From Squalus acanthias (Eukaryota), in NCBI GenBank assembly GCA_030390025.1, contig CM059432.1, positions 34,474,001 through 34,538,000 on the forward strand: a stretch of DNA of 64,000 nucleotides, read 5' to 3'. A program made the translations under genes and the position numbers. Shown piece after piece: positions 13,791 to 28,371 of the stretch. The notes beneath the pieces are model-generated. The model was given only the letters and a program-made list of their open reading frames with translations, did no database searches and was not told where the DNA came from. Every line of letters begins with the position of its first letter. The stretch's first letter is position 1.

Positions 13791-14587
13791 TTGCAAGTAG
13801 GGGGGGAATAGCTGAATTTTTTCAAGGGAGAGGGACTGTATCTGAGGAGAGAACACCATTTCCAACATCAGCTAGCATCGGGGCCAGGAAGGGAAGTTGG
13901 GTGGTCAGCAGTTTAGTGTGTATGAAATCAAAGGAGCAGTGGGACTTGGACTTAAGTTCAACCCCATTCAGTGTTGGAATAGACATAGTCCAGCAAAGAA
14001 TGCTGTTTCAGTAGAAAGTGGTGATGAAGGTAGAGGTCACAGCAAAGCTCAGAAGCCAGTGGAGAAATGAGATTTGGCCCAAGAGCAAGCAGCTTTCTAC
14101 CCAGTTCAGTAAGGTCCTGAGTTCTAGCAGGCCACAGCAGCACTGTAGGCTGGAAGAGGTTACCTTAAACTTGAGATTGAGCAGCAGGGCAGAGTCACGG
14201 CAGCCGAGGTACAGACTGACAAAGTAGCGTAGTCATGATGGCAGAGAAATCCAGGAAATCAAATGTGAGCAGAGTCGCAACCGTTAATAAGAGCACAGGT
14301 TTAAAAAACGCAAAACAAGGTGATAGCTTTAACTTCTAGATTGAGCTAAAATATACCCACTAGTAGGAGAAGGGGGTATTTTAAACAGTGGAGGGGAGGA
14401 GACTGGGTGGGAGGGACGGCGATGGATGGAGTTATAAAGTAGAGGAGCGGCCAGCCTGGGAGCCAGCTTCCTTCACTTTCAATCACACAAGAAGCACGTA
14501 ACCATAACATTGTATTTTTTTCAGCCAAAGGCTGATGTGTTCCCTTCCCTCCGATATGCTCTACCCCTCCCATGTGCTGGCTTCTTC

Positions 14588-14589
<2 letters not shown>

Positions 14590-14620
<31 letters not shown>
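14590..14620. repeat. (CT)n microsatellite
   Basis: Visible directly. Confidence 0.95.
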
Positions 14621-14623
<3 letters not shown>

Positions 14624-15617
14624 TGCTGGCTTGGTCTATTCTCTCTAATCTAATAACTCTTGATCTTCCTGATTACCTGGTTGCATTTCTGCTGGATTTT
14701 CCCACTGAATTTCACCAGCTTGGCAGGTTAGAAAGGCCTGTTTAGTGATGCGTGTTCTTGGGTGGATCCAGGAATTATCGCACTAGTGAGGGAGTGGTAA
14801 GAAGGCCTTTCCAAACCACCAGGCCTGTGAAATACAAGTAGGAGAAACTAGCAGCAAATAAAAAATGTCACCAGGGCTCACGGCCATGATATGAGCACTG
14901 CTGCTGTGATATCCTTTCACACTTTTGAAACAGTATTCCTTGACACTGCTCTTATTTCCACTGTTAAGCTGAACTCCGTATTGGAGTTTAAACCTGTCTC
15001 CCACCAAGTCCCTAGATAGTATAACCTATTAGTTTATACTAGTTAGGTCTAGTGGTGTCCTCTGTGCATTTATTGGTATTGCTGTGGTGAATTATGTTCA
15101 AGCTATTCTCAACCTAGGTGCTTCCATTTTTTTGCTACATTCATTTTTACTGCGATTATAATTGTGCTGGAGTCCTTACTGAAAAGCAGATCTCCGGAGA
15201 CCCATGATCTGCAAAATCTACTTTAAGTTAGCTTGGATGTCCCAGACCTACTTTCTGCAGGAGGTATAATGAAAAGCTGTCATTTCTGTTCTTGGCATGC
15301 ACAGTTGGATGAGCTGGCAGATGAGATTATTGATGCCCAAGTGTTAAAAAGAACTAAAACCTGTGATGCACCTGCTCAGTATCACCCCACAGGGCTCTGT
15401 CTGAGAACTCTGTCGCCTGGGGAATTGAACCTGCATCCCGCAGCATGTGATAACTGGTGGGGGTTTACCAGTTTGCAGTATAAGTTGGAAAATGCACAAG
15501 TGCTGTTGCAACATACATTTTGTGACATGCCAATTATCGTGTTCCTTTCCTGTATTTGGTGCCTGACACTTTATCTTTTTCCTTTTTAGATTAATATTAA
15601 AGCCTTGTTGAGTTTAA

Positions 15618-15785
<168 letters not shown>

Positions 15786-16438
15786 TGAGTAGCACAAGGT
15801 TTGAATATGCCACTTCGTGACATGTGAACTGTTAACGGACAGTTGTATTAATTGAGGTTGTTATATTATGTGTGAGAGCATGTGAGATAGTGACCGAAAA
15901 ATCTCCTGAAGCTGCAACCATAGCAACAGAAGCAACTAGGGATAGAAACCAACAGCAGAATGATTTTTTTAACAGCTGTGATAACATAGCTTTTTTTAAA
16001 AAAAAAAACCTGTTTAAATAGCATTTTATCAGAAACTTTACAAAGCCCTTCACATGTAATGCATTGCTCTGAAGTGCAGTGCCTCTAACAGCACTTGGAT
16101 TTTTCTTTCATGTTGGCCATAAGTTGCCTATATTTTCTATAACTTCCTTGCACCGCTAGTTGCAGTCTTGATTCGATGGCTTCAGAATGGACTGTTCCGG
16201 GCATCTCTGGAAAAAATACGGTGCTCCTTTTACTAGCTGATATTCTGCTGTTGGAGGAGTCACTCTGGGGCTAGTGTGCTCTACGCACCATCTTGAACAA
16301 TAGGCTAACCTGTGGGATACAGTGGGGAGGGGTTGCTCCCAAGGATGTTGATGCTTTGCACGGATCAAGAATGAATCTTAGAGGTACCAATTGGAAGATA
16401 CAAGGCCCAGTTGTACATTGCACAGATTTGTTGAGTAA

Positions 16439-16675
<237 letters not shown>

Positions 16676-16977
16676 TAGGCTAACTCTCAACATTTGAGAG
16701 AGGATTTATGAGTCTGCCACACAATCTTGAGTGGGAGGACGTAGGCTTTGCACTCGTGGTTACACAGTTCCTGGTGTCCCCCACGGAGAGAAGCCAAACC
16801 CACACTATTTGCAACTGCGGTAGGGAAAATTGGCAGGAAGCTATTCCATTGTCAAGAATAGAGTGCTTGAGTCATTAACAGCTCTGTCAAATGACTGGCG
16901 ATGGCCAGGTTTCACCTGCTATTGAAAGCTTCAGGCGGCCTGCAGCACCAGACTAAAATCCACCATTTTTTTTTGTT

Positions 16978-18345
16978 CATAAGAAATAGGAGCAGGAGTA
17001 GGCCATTTGGCCCTTCGAGCCTGCTCCGCCATTCAATAAGATCATGGCTGATCTACCTCATCTCCACTTTCCTGCACTATCCCATATCCCTTGATTCCCT
17101 TAATATTCAAAAATCTATCGATCTCTATCATGAATATACTCAATGACTGAGCCTCCACAGCCCTCTGGGGAAGTGAATTCCAAAGATTCACCACCCTCTA
17201 AGTGAAGAAATTTCTCCTCATCTCAGTCCTAAATGGCCGACCCCTTATTCTGAGACTGTGACCCCTGGTTCTAGACTCCCTAGCCAGGGGAAACATCCTC
17301 CCTGCATCTACCCTGTCAAGCCCTGTAAGAATTTTCTATGTTTCAATGAGATCACCTCTCATTCTTTTAAACTCGAATATAGGCCTAGTCTACTCAATCT
17401 AACCTCATAGGACAATCCCCCCCCCCCCCCCCCCCCATCCCAGGTACCAGTCTGGTGAACCTTCGTTGCACTCCCTCTATGGCAAGTATATCCTTCCTTG
17501 GGTAAGGAGACCAAAACTGTACACATACTCCAGGTGTGGTCTCACCAGGGCCCTATATAATTGCAGTAAGACGTCTTTACTCTTATACTCAAATCCTCTT
17601 GTAATAAATGCCAACATACCATTTGCTTTCCTAATTGCTTGCTGTACCTACATGTTAACTTTGTGATTTGTGTACAAGGACACCCAGGTCCCTCTGAACA
17701 CCAACATTTCCCAATCTCTCACCATTTTAAAAATACTCTGCTTTTCTGTTTTTCCTGCCAAAGTGGATAACTTCACATTTCTCTACATTATATTCCATTT
17801 GCCATGTTCTTGCCCACACACTTAGCCTGTCTATATCCCCTTGAAGCCTCCTTGCATCCTCCTCACAACTTGCATTCCCACCCAGCTTTGTATCATCAGC
17901 AAACTTGGATATATTACATTTGGTCCCCCTCATCCAAATCATTGATGTAGATTGTGAATAGCTGAGGCCCAAGCTCTGATCCTTGCAGTACCCCACTAGT
18001 TACAGCCTGCCAACCTGAAAATGACCTGTTTATTCCTACTCTGTTTTCTGTCCGTTAACCAATCCTCAATCCATGCTAGTATATTACCCCCAATCCCATG
18101 AGCCCTAATTGTGTTTAATAACCTCTTGTGTGGCACCTTATTGAATGCCTTCTGAAAATCCAAATACAACACATCCACTGGTTCCCCCTTATCTATTCTG
18201 CTAGTTACAACTTCAAAAGACTCTAACCGATTTGTCAAACACAATTTCCCTTTCATAAACCTGTGACTTGCCCAATCCTATTATTTTTCTAAGTGCCCTG
18301 TGACCACGTCCTTAATAGATTCTAGCATTTTCCCTACTACTGCTT
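16978..18345 (-). mobile_element. CR1 LINE 3' fragment, very similar to 10350-11797 but inverted
   Basis: ORF 17996-18256 mirrors ORF 10521-10781, including the shared frameshift [18 protein letters not shown] 17727-17996 carries SKFADDTK. Confidence 0.93.
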
Positions 18346-18908
18346 TGGTTGTGAACTAAAACTGAACAATTGGCACCTCCCAGAAAGACATGAGCAGATG
18401 CAGGCCTGGGAGGGTTCACAGCTTACTCCCTCCTGCTTTTTAACAATATATTTTTGGTGAATCTTTCCGCTCGTTAATAATGGGTATAGATGCTCAGGAA
18501 TGGAGTCTCCTCCACTTCAATAATCCAGGATATTGAGCATTAGACTCAACACACCCAGATCAGTTATAATGTGGGTTGGGTCCAGGGAGTGACTCCCCTC
18601 TACACTCTCAACACAATGTGCCTTAACCCCAATCATTAGAGGCCTCTCACTGGAGATGTGCAGCCAAAGGCAGACACGAGCATCTCCATAGCGTAACCCA
18701 CTCTCAATTTGGTGATCTGGTATGGTTGACCCATGAAGCGGCCACTGCTTTCAGTAACATGCAGGGATACAGTCCCACTCCTTTTCAGTTAGGGTTTCCT
18801 CATTACTCAGCAGAGTCCAGGGTACCAACAGTAGCTGTCTCCTGACGTTAAGCGGTCACTCAGGCAAGGGAGAGTCGATGCCATGGGAGAGAAGAGGGAT
18901 AGGGGTGA

Positions 18909-19088
<180 letters not shown>

Positions 19089-19516
19089 TAGACTCCAGGA
19101 TAGGACAGCACCCTCGAATGGGGACCCGCCAGACATGCATCGAGTCGGCTATAGTTGAGATGCACATCCCCCAGACCTTATGCTGGCACCCTTGGCCGCC
19201 TTGTAAATGTACCACTCCTATCTGCCAGCTGCACAGGAGTGCTCTGGCATTGGGTGGATTTTTGTGGTGTTTCATTCATGTGTGTGCCGTACTCTGGTCA
19301 CCGTGCCTGTCATAGGTATCAGTTGATTTTGGTTTGGTTGCTGCTGGCATGAACGTTGTCTCCATTTAAGCGGCTAAAATGGAGACAAGTGGGTCACTTT
19401 CCTCTGACCTGGTTTAGCTGCGGGTGCACTCCCACTTTTGGTGCCTTTGGTCAAACTGTGTGCTCCCCTCCCAAGGAGCTCGCTGCGCAACTCCAAGGGG
19501 CGGGGTGGAATTTTAA

Positions 19517-19720
<204 letters not shown>

Positions 19721-21345
19721 CTCCTCCTTTCTTCCTCCCTCCCTCCCTCCCCTCCTGCCCGTCCCTTCTCCTCCTTCCTGCTTTATTATGTAGTGTGGCA
19801 AACTGCTACGTTGTGGTATTGGGTGCCAGGAACCTGCTTCATTACATCCGATCACTAGAACTATAAATAACACCATGATGTATGGGTGAGAAGTACAGAC
19901 TTGAAAGCAAATATGCGGTTTCTTATTTAAAATGTGTATATATCGTCCCTTTTTGTAACGAGGCAGTTTCCTGCTACTCCTATGCAATATTTACCCCCAT
20001 GGTTGTTCTTTGTTTTCCCTTCTTTTGAAGGTTTAAACTGACTTGTAAGTATTTAGTGTAGGAAAGGGATACACAAACCGAGCTTAGAAATGGGAGCTGT
20101 TTATGCACACGCCCAGCAGTATGACGCACTGTGAAGTCTCGTAGCCAATTTGGCTTGCTAGCTCTGGAACGAGGCTTTTCTGTGGTGTGGGGCATGGCTT
20201 TTTGATGGAGGGAACCTTGCATCTGACCTTTTTTGTTTTTTCAACTTGTTTTTCTCGTTGCCCAAAGCTGGGATTTCAGGAGTGAAGGACTGCTTGTGTT
20301 TTTATTTTAAACTTCTAACACACACTCTTCGAAGTGATCTCTGGGTTCAGATTCTCTTGCACTGTCTTACGAGTCAGTCTCGGTTAAAGCTTGCTCAAGT
20401 ATCCCTTTCCTAGACCTATGCAGGCTGGATTTGAAGTTCAACAGAATAAAATATATTCTAACCCACTTTTTTTCTGCCTTCTGAATAATTTAAAGTCCAA
20501 CTCTTAAATGGCTTCTTAATTTAAAATCTGATCTGATAGTGGTTAAATTATTTTACAGTGAAGAGCTGGAGGTTTGTGTTTTTGTGAACTAGGGGCCACT
20601 GTTGAACTTAGCTTTACAATATCATGAATTGCGTCGGGGAAGAGCAAGGGAGAAAGAAGGGAAGAGAAAGTTAGTGACCATAGCAGCAAATCTTGAATTG
20701 TTAACTGAAGCGAAAAGATGCGAGTATCCAGGAATGCCAGCTTTACCTAATTTATACCACCTGTTCAAATCTAGTCTTGTGCTGACTCTTCCTTTCTCCC
20801 TCACGGCTCACCCCATACCAACACAGTAAGCTGACCACAGCATGCAGGCACTGTTGGGTCAGATGGAAAAGGAGCTTTTTTTTGGCTTTTGTTAGCTCGT
20901 CCCTTGGCTAATGTATGGCAGGTAGCAATGTCCGATAAACGCACCTAAACCCCCAACCCGCACCCTCTTTGTTTTTCCCCAATGTGTTGAAACTACATGT
21001 ATGAGTCATTCCATTTTTGGTGTTGCGCAGGACATCATATTTCCATCAATTCCTATTCCCTTTCCCTCCCCCAAACCATCCTCCAAATGTGTGGAAATCA
21101 AAGTAAGACCCATTCATCTGATACATGAATACTGCAAGGACCTGGTTTGCCAGCAGAAAGCTGTTTTTTTTTCTTTACCTTGGTTGAGGCTGAGAAACTA
21201 TTTGGACAGTAAATACCTGGGTCTGATCAGGATGGGTTATTGGTGTGAAGTTAATCCTTTCATTACACACACTACTAATCAAATGTTTTGTATACTTGTT
21301 TCAATTTTCATTTTGACAAACAAGCACTGTAATTAAAGCTGTTAG

Positions 21346-21351
21346 AATAAA
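21346..21351 (+). terminator. Probable main polyadenylation signal of ARF1 (a proximal AATAAA lies at 20445-20450)
   Basis: AATAAA at the end of a ~1.6-kb repeat-free 3' UTR, followed by T-rich sequence. Confidence 0.7.
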
Positions 21352-21851
21352 ATCTCTTAAGATTCCTGAACTCGACTTTTGGTTCCTGCCCTTGCCTCAG
21401 CTTGATTTTTTTTAATGGTCAGTTGCTTGATCTTAAATTATTTTCCACTTCAGTAGGTGCTACACATACATGATCAATAAAAGGTGTGACATGGCAAATC
21501 TCAATTTCTCACACTTTAAAGATTCCATTCTGCCATTTAAGTAAAGGCTAAAGGAGGCATAGCCGTGCTGGTATCTGAGCAATAATAAATCACCACCCAC
21601 CCTCACCCTATCTGACCAGGATATTAACAGTCAAACTGTCTTTAAAGAGGAAATGTGCTTGGGAAAATGGGTCCCACAATCTTGTCACTGGGCTGCTGCT
21701 TAGACACAACAGGCAAAAAATGTGATTTATATAGAAAGTGAAAATGGTGACCACTGACACCTTGAACCACTACCTCCCCTTTTTCTTAGTGATCAGTTCT
21801 CCAGTGTGTGTGTTGGGGGGGTAGAAAAAAAACTGGCCATAGAAGAAACTG

Positions 21852-21857
21852 TTTATT
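21852..21857 (-). terminator. Probable polyadenylation signal of C1orf35
   Basis: tttatt on + (AATAAA on -), ~470 nt beyond the stop codon. Confidence 0.6.
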
Positions 21858-22327
21858 TAAACATTCAGTAAAACAAAAAGTAAAAATTAGATTATAGACT
21901 CTGCATTTGTACACTCATCGGACTGACTAATGTTGCAGTTAATTGATATGCTAGTGGCTCAACACTAAAGGAGGAACTGCCAGCATCTCTGGACGCAAAC
22001 ACCTTGTATCCCACCAACAGCTGCAGCCTGCGATGCTGGTCGCCACTAACCTGCAACAAACAGCCGTCCCCTGTGGCCTTGAACACGGAGCAGCACTGAC
22101 TAATCTAGATTTGTGCTGCTGAGGGTTGTTAAAACACAAGTGGATATTGTATAAAAAAAAATTCACACCTCCTCGCCTGTTAATTCTTTTTTTTTTTTGG
22201 AAATTCACATGGCAGATTCTAACTTTTCAATATGCAATGGCTGGGATGGTAAGTCTACTGTTCCATCTCTTTCTCTACCCTCTTTCCTCCCCCCCCACAA
22301 CACTGGTTAATTACTGTGCCCCCGAGT

Positions 22328-22553
22328 TTAACCATTTGAGTCACTATCGTGCAACTGCCGTGAGCCACGTGCTGATTTTGAGCTGGTTCTCTGCCCGTTG
22401 CCTGCTGAACGTTGGCCCTCGCAGCTGTGTCTCCTAGCCTCTGGCCGTGACGACTGGTGAGGGGAGGTTCTGCTGCCCACAGAAGAATCTGTGTCATGCC
22501 GTTGTCTACTGTGCTGCTCATTCATCTCTCGCTCAGCTGATGAATGGTGCCTT
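22328..22553 (-). CDS. C1orf35: MMTAG2/C1orf35 coding exon 8 (last)
   Basis: Acceptor ctctttacttccctcccAG; phase matches exon 7; RRHHSSAEREMNEQHSRQRHDTDSS...QLHDSDSNG*; the HDSDS motif recalls the human C-terminus. Confidence 0.8.
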
Positions 22554-23109
22554 CTGGGAGGGAAGTAAAGAGAAGAGGTGTTAGAGACACTAAACCATGG
22601 CCCCATCAAACACTTACCACAGATTCGATAGATTAAAGCTCTTTCTACACTGAACAATGTGCCTCAGACATGAGCTCTGTTGCTCTAACATTTTTCCATT
22701 TCCCGCAAACTGCGATTGCCAATTTAATGCAGAATTAAGGGTGTTTTTAAGTGGGGTGGCTCCATGTCCTTTGCAGCCTCACTGGTGACAGCCTCAGACT
22801 CTTAACTGTGAACCCTTATGGCTGGAATGGGAACTATATCCACTGGGGTATTGTCCTACAATGACACTGCAAAACAGTAGGGGGGTAGAGTTCTGTATCT
22901 GGCATTTCCAGTTTAATTCAGGCAAACAAGCGTAAAAGTCCATAGAATTTCAAGCACAAGTTACATCCAGTGCAAATCGAGTTTCCGCAATCTTTTGTAC
23001 GGGTTTTTTAAACCCTCGCACTCAAGCTGGCTGCGCCCCCAGATTGAATTAATCACTATGGCAAGTTCCCACTAATTGTGCCCGTTTACAGACCTTACTT
23101 TTTTGGCAC

Positions 23110-23660
23110 TACTTTTATTTATATAATGCTTTTAACTTAGTAAAATATCCCAAGGCTGTTTCACAGGAGCGTTAACAAAATTTGACACCAAGCCACATAT
23201 TAGGGTAGTTAAGGAGAGTCTTAAAAGGAGGAAAGAGGCAGCGAGGTTTAGGGAGGGAATTCCAGAGCTTGGGGTCTCAGGTAGCTGAAGACATAGCCGC
23301 CAATGGTGGAGCGATTAAAATTGGAGATACGCAAGAGGCCAGAATTGTAGGGCTGGAGGTGACAGATAGGGAGGGGCGAGGCCATGGAGGGATTTGAACA
23401 CCAGAATGAAAATTTTAAAATTGAGGTATTGCTCAAACAGGAGCCAATGTAGATCAGCGAGCACTGGGTGAATGGGACGATAGATTTTTTGGATATTAAG
23501 GGATATGGGGATAGTGCAGGAAGGTGGAGTTGAGGTAGATCAGCCAAGATCTTATTGAATGGTGGAGCAGGCTCAAGGGGCCAAATGGCCGACTCCTGCT
23601 CCTTTTTATGTTAGAACGAGTTAGGATACAGGCAGCAGAGTTTTAGATGAGCTTAAGTTT
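23110..23660 (-). mobile_element. L2 3' fragment with a nested + strand CR1 3' end (~23480-23610)
   Basis: Same L2 tail as 39545-40010 and 54855-55085; CR1 3' UTR gatcttattgaatggtggagcaggctc inside it. Confidence 0.75.
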
Positions 23661-26600
23661 AAAGTGCACCCTCTTTTATACAGCACCGAGACCAACAGTT
23701 AGGCTATTTTTCACTTGATAACCAGCCATTTGTCCATATTTTACCAGCGACGCTCACATCCCATGAACAAATAAAAGTGTGCTGCTCACTTCGACGTCCA
23801 ACATCTCTGTCCTGGGCTTGACTAAAACCTGGCTTCAGCCCATCTGGTTTTACCTTCCACCATGTTCCCTGTGCAAACCATCATGGTGACGGTGTGGCAC
23901 TTATCTCCAGCTCCCATCCCACCCTCTCCCTTTACTCCTTGCATCCCCCATCTTCAAGACTGTCCTTGTCTACCTGCCTCTCAGGTACCTCCCCACATAA
24001 ATTTTGCAACCTCAAGCTCCCTGTTCAGTCCCGAGCAGAGCTTCCAAAACCATACGCTCCCCATAAAGTCTGCTTACTTCCACCATGTCTGCCCCTTATC
24101 CATGGCTCCTCACCTTCAGATTCGATTACTCCTGGCCGACCTCCCGTTCTCCACCCTCCGTAAACTCCAACTTGTACAAAACTCGTGCACGAATCCTGTT
24201 CCACACCAAGTCCTACTTGCCCATCACCTGTCCTTGCAGATTCTGCCAAGGAATCCAACTTAAATCCTTACTGTTGTATATAAATATCCCTCAATGGCCT
24301 CTCCCCACCATTACCTCTACAATGTCCTACATCCTCCCTGACCATGACCTTTTGTCTATCTCCCCCCTTCACCCCACTATTGGCCTTGGAATTCTCTCTC
24401 CAAACCTCTCCTTTTAAAAATGGCCATCTGTGCATGCACACGGTATCCTGGAGCCACGCACGTGCACCTGATCCTCATCTCCGCATGCACGCTGTTACCG
24501 AGGCTGCACATGCACATTACCCAACAGTTGGGGCCTGTGTCAGCCACGCTTTCTTCAACTCCATGGGAAAACTGGATCTGTTGGTGAGGGGGAGGGAGGA
24601 GGGGATCGGTGGGGAGACGTGGTCAGGAACTGGGGGGGGGGGGGCCTAAAAAGAGCATAGGGGAAGAACGTGATCCAGGGCTAAAGAGGGGGCGGATGAG
24701 ATTGAGAACGTGATCCAGATTGAGCGGGCCATAAACTCCTTTGAGCGCGACCTTTTCGTCCGTAAACAAATTTTACAAGAACCACTGTTACAAGAACTTT
24801 TACAAGATAGAATCATAGAATGGTTACAGCACGGAAGCAGGCCATTCGGCCCATTGAGCCCGTGCCGGCTCCCTACAAGAGCACTTCAGCTAGTCCCACT
24901 CCCCCGTAGCCCTGCAAATTTCTTTCCTTCAGATACTTATCCAACTCCCTTTTGAAAGCGGTGATTGAATTTGCCTCCACCACCCTTTCTCGCAATGCAT
25001 TCCAGATCTTAACCACTCCCTGCGTAAAAAAGTTTTTTCTTACGTCGCCTTTGGTTCTTTTACCAATCACCTTAAATCTGTGTCCTCTGGTTCTCGACCC
25101 TTCTGCCAATGGGAACAGTTTCTCTCTCTACTCTGTCCAGACCCCTCATGATTTTGAGCATCTCGATCAAATCTCCTCTCCACCTTCTCTGCTTCAAGGA
25201 GAACAACCCCAGCTTCTCAAGTGTATCCACGTAACTGAAGTCCCTCATTCCTGGAATCATTCTCGTAAATCTTTTCCGGACCCTCTCTAAGGCCTTCACA
25301 TCCTTCCTAAACTGTGGTGCCCAGAATTCGACACAGTACTCCAGTTGGGGCCGAACCAGTGTTTTATACAGGTTCATCATAATTTCCACACTTTTGTACT
25401 CTATACCTCTATTTATGAAGCCCAGGATCCCGTAAGCCTTTTTAACTGCTTTCTCAACCTGCCCTGCCACTTTCAACAATTTGTGCACACATAGCCCCAG
25501 GTCTCTCTGTTCATGCACCCCCTTCAGGATTGTAGCATTTAATTTATATGTCCTCTCCTCATTCTACCAAAATGCAACACTTCCCACTTTTCTGCATTAA
25601 ATTTCATCTGCCACATGTCCACCCATTTCACCAGCCTGTCTATGTCTTCCTGAAGTCTATCACTCTCCTCCTCACTGTTCACTATACTTCCAAGTTTTGT
25701 GTCATCTGCAAATTTTGAAATTGTGCCCTGTACACCCACGTCCAAGTCATGAATATATATCAAGAAAAGCAGTGGCCCTAGAACCGACCCCTGGGGAACA
25801 CTACTGTATACATCCTCCAGTCTGAAAAAGAACTGTTCACCACTACTCTGTTTCCTGTCACTTAGCCAATTGCGTATCCATGCTGCTACTGTCCCTTTTG
25901 TTCCATGGGCTTTTGCTTTGCTGGCAAGCCTATTATGTGACACTTTGTCGAACGCCTTTTGGAAATCCATGTACACTACGTCAACTGCATTACCCTCATC
26001 AACCCTCTATTACCTCATCAAAGAACTCAATTAAGTTAATTAATCACAATTTGCCTTTAACAAATCCGTGCTGGCTTTCCTTAATTAATCCACACTTGTC
26101 CAAATGACTTAATTTTGTCCCTAATTACCGTTTCTAAAAGCTTCCCCACTACCGAGGTCAAACTGACTGGCCTATAGTTGCTGGGTTTATCTTTACACCC
26201 GTTTTTTGAACAATGGTGTAACATTTGCAATTCTCCAGTCCTCTGCCACCACCCCCGTATCCAAGGAGGATTGGAATATTATGGCCAGTACCTCCGCGAT
26301 TTCCTCCCTCAATTCCCTCAGCATCCTAGGATGCATCCCATCCGCTTGTGGTGATTTATCTACTTTAAGTACAGCCAGTCTTTCTAATACCTCCTCTATC
26401 AATTTTTATCCTATCAAGTATCTCCACTACCTTCTCCTTTACCATGTCTATGGCAGCATCCTCCTTCTTGGTGAAGACAGATGCAAAGTACTCGTTTAGC
26501 ACATCAGCTATACCTTCTGCCTCCATGCGCAGGGTCTCCTTTTTGGTCCCTAATCGGCCCCACCCCTCTTACTATTTATATGCCTATAGAAGATTTTTGG

Positions 26601-27281
26601 ATTACCTTTTATGTTGGCTGCCATTCTATTCTCATCCCCTCCCTTTGCCCCTCTTATTTTCTTTTTCACTTCTCCTCTGAATATATATGATTCTCAGTTG
26701 TATTTGCAACCTGACATCTGTCATACACGCCCTTTTTCAGGAGCCCCGCCTTTCCCCCCCTAGTGGGAATGTACCTCAACCGTACCTGAACTATTTCCTC
26801 TTTAAAGACAGCCCATTGTTCCATTACAGTTTTGCCTGCCAATCTTTAATTCCAGTTTACCCAGGCCAGATCCGTTCTCATCCCACTGAAATTGGCCTTC
26901 CCCCAGTTAAACATTTTTACTCTAGATTGCTCCCTGTCCTTTTCCATAGCTAACCTAAATCTTATATACTATGATCACTGTTCCCTAAATGTTCACCGAC
27001 TGGCACTTGTTCTACTTGATCCACCTCATTCCCCAGAACCAGATCCAGCAATGCCTCCTCCCTCATCGGGCTGGAAACATACTGATCAAGAAAGTTCTCC
27101 TGAACACACTTCAAAAATTCTTCCCCTTCCCTGCCCTTAAAAACAGTATTACGATCCCAGTCTATATTAGGATAGTTAAGTCCCCCATTATTACTACTCT
27201 ATAGTTCTTGCACCTCTCTGCAAATTTGCTCCTCCATATCTTTCCCACTATTTGGTGGTCTATAGAATACACCTAGTAGTG

Positions 27282-28371
27282 AGAAGTCGCACAACACCAG
27301 GTTATAGTCCAACAGCTTTATTTGAAATCACAAGCTTTTGGAGCGCTGCTCCTTCATCAGGTGAAGAGATGCATATAGTCACAGCATATATAGTCAGAGA
27401 ACACTGCCAGATGATTACAGTTAATCTTTCCAACTGCCCTTTATCACACCTCGGCAGAGAGATAATCACGGCAATCAAAGGTGTGGATGGTGTCCAAACA
27501 GGTCAGTCAGGAAACCATTACATCAAAGACAATGTGGCAGATGCTGGGGTCTGTATGGAAAACAAAAAACTTTTTTTGCTGGAAATCACAGCAGGTCCGG
27601 CCGCATCTGTGTAGAGACAACAAGCCAACGACGACTCAAGTCTGGATGACTCTACGTCAGGTGGGGTTACATGTAGCGTGAATCGGCGAGACCATGCAGA
27701 CACTGCGACAACGTATGAACGGACACCGCGCAACAATCGCCAGGCAGGAGTGTTCCCTCCCAGTCGGGGAACACTTCAGCAGTCAAGGACATTCAGCCTC
27801 CGATCTTCGGGTAAGCGTTCTCCAAGGCGGCCTTCGAGACAAACGACAACGCAAAATCATCGAGCAGAAACTGATAGCCAAGTTCCGCACCCATGAGGAC
27901 GGCCTCAACCGGGATCTTGGGTTCATGTCACGCTACATGTAACCCCACCTGACGTAGAGTCATCCAGACTCGAGTTGTCGTTGGCTTGTTCTCTCTACAC
28001 AGATGCGGCCGGACCTGCTGTGATTTCCAGCAAAAAAAGTTTTGTTTTCCATACAGACCCCAGCATCTGCCACATTGTCTTTGATGTAATGGTTTCCTGA
28101 CTGACCTGTTTGGACACCATCCACACCTTTGATTGCTGTGATTATCTCTCTGCCGAGGTGTGATAAAGGGCAGTTGGAAAGATTAACTGTAATCATCTGG
28201 CAGTGTTCTCTGACTATATATGCTGCGACTATATGCATCTCTTCACTTCACCTGACGAAGGAGCAGCGCTCCGAAAGCTTGTGATTTCAAATAAAGCTGT
28301 TGGACTATAACCTGGTGTTGTGCGACTTCTCACATTTGTCCACCCTAGTCCAACACCGGCATCTCCACATC
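27282..28371 (+). mobile_element. Penelope-like element 3' end with inverted pseudo-LTRs and a GIY-YIG fragment
   Basis: Arms 27279-27681 and 27928-28333 are reverse complements; spacer encodes IGETMQTLRQRMNGHR...PVGEHF...EQKLIAKFRTHEDGLN; unpaired tail 28334-28371; TSD acacctagtagtg at 27269-27281 and 28372-28384. Confidence 0.9.
28248..28284 (+). ncRNA. Minimal type I hammerhead ribozyme motif
   Basis: tcac CTGACGA a GGAGC agc GCTCC GAAA GC TT gtga: stem I, catalytic core, stem II, palindromic AAGCTT stem III. Confidence 0.75.

Noticed and set aside
19721..22327. Short ORFs in the two 3' UTRs and the intergenic gap
   Set aside because: No homology or splice support; lengths are as expected by chance
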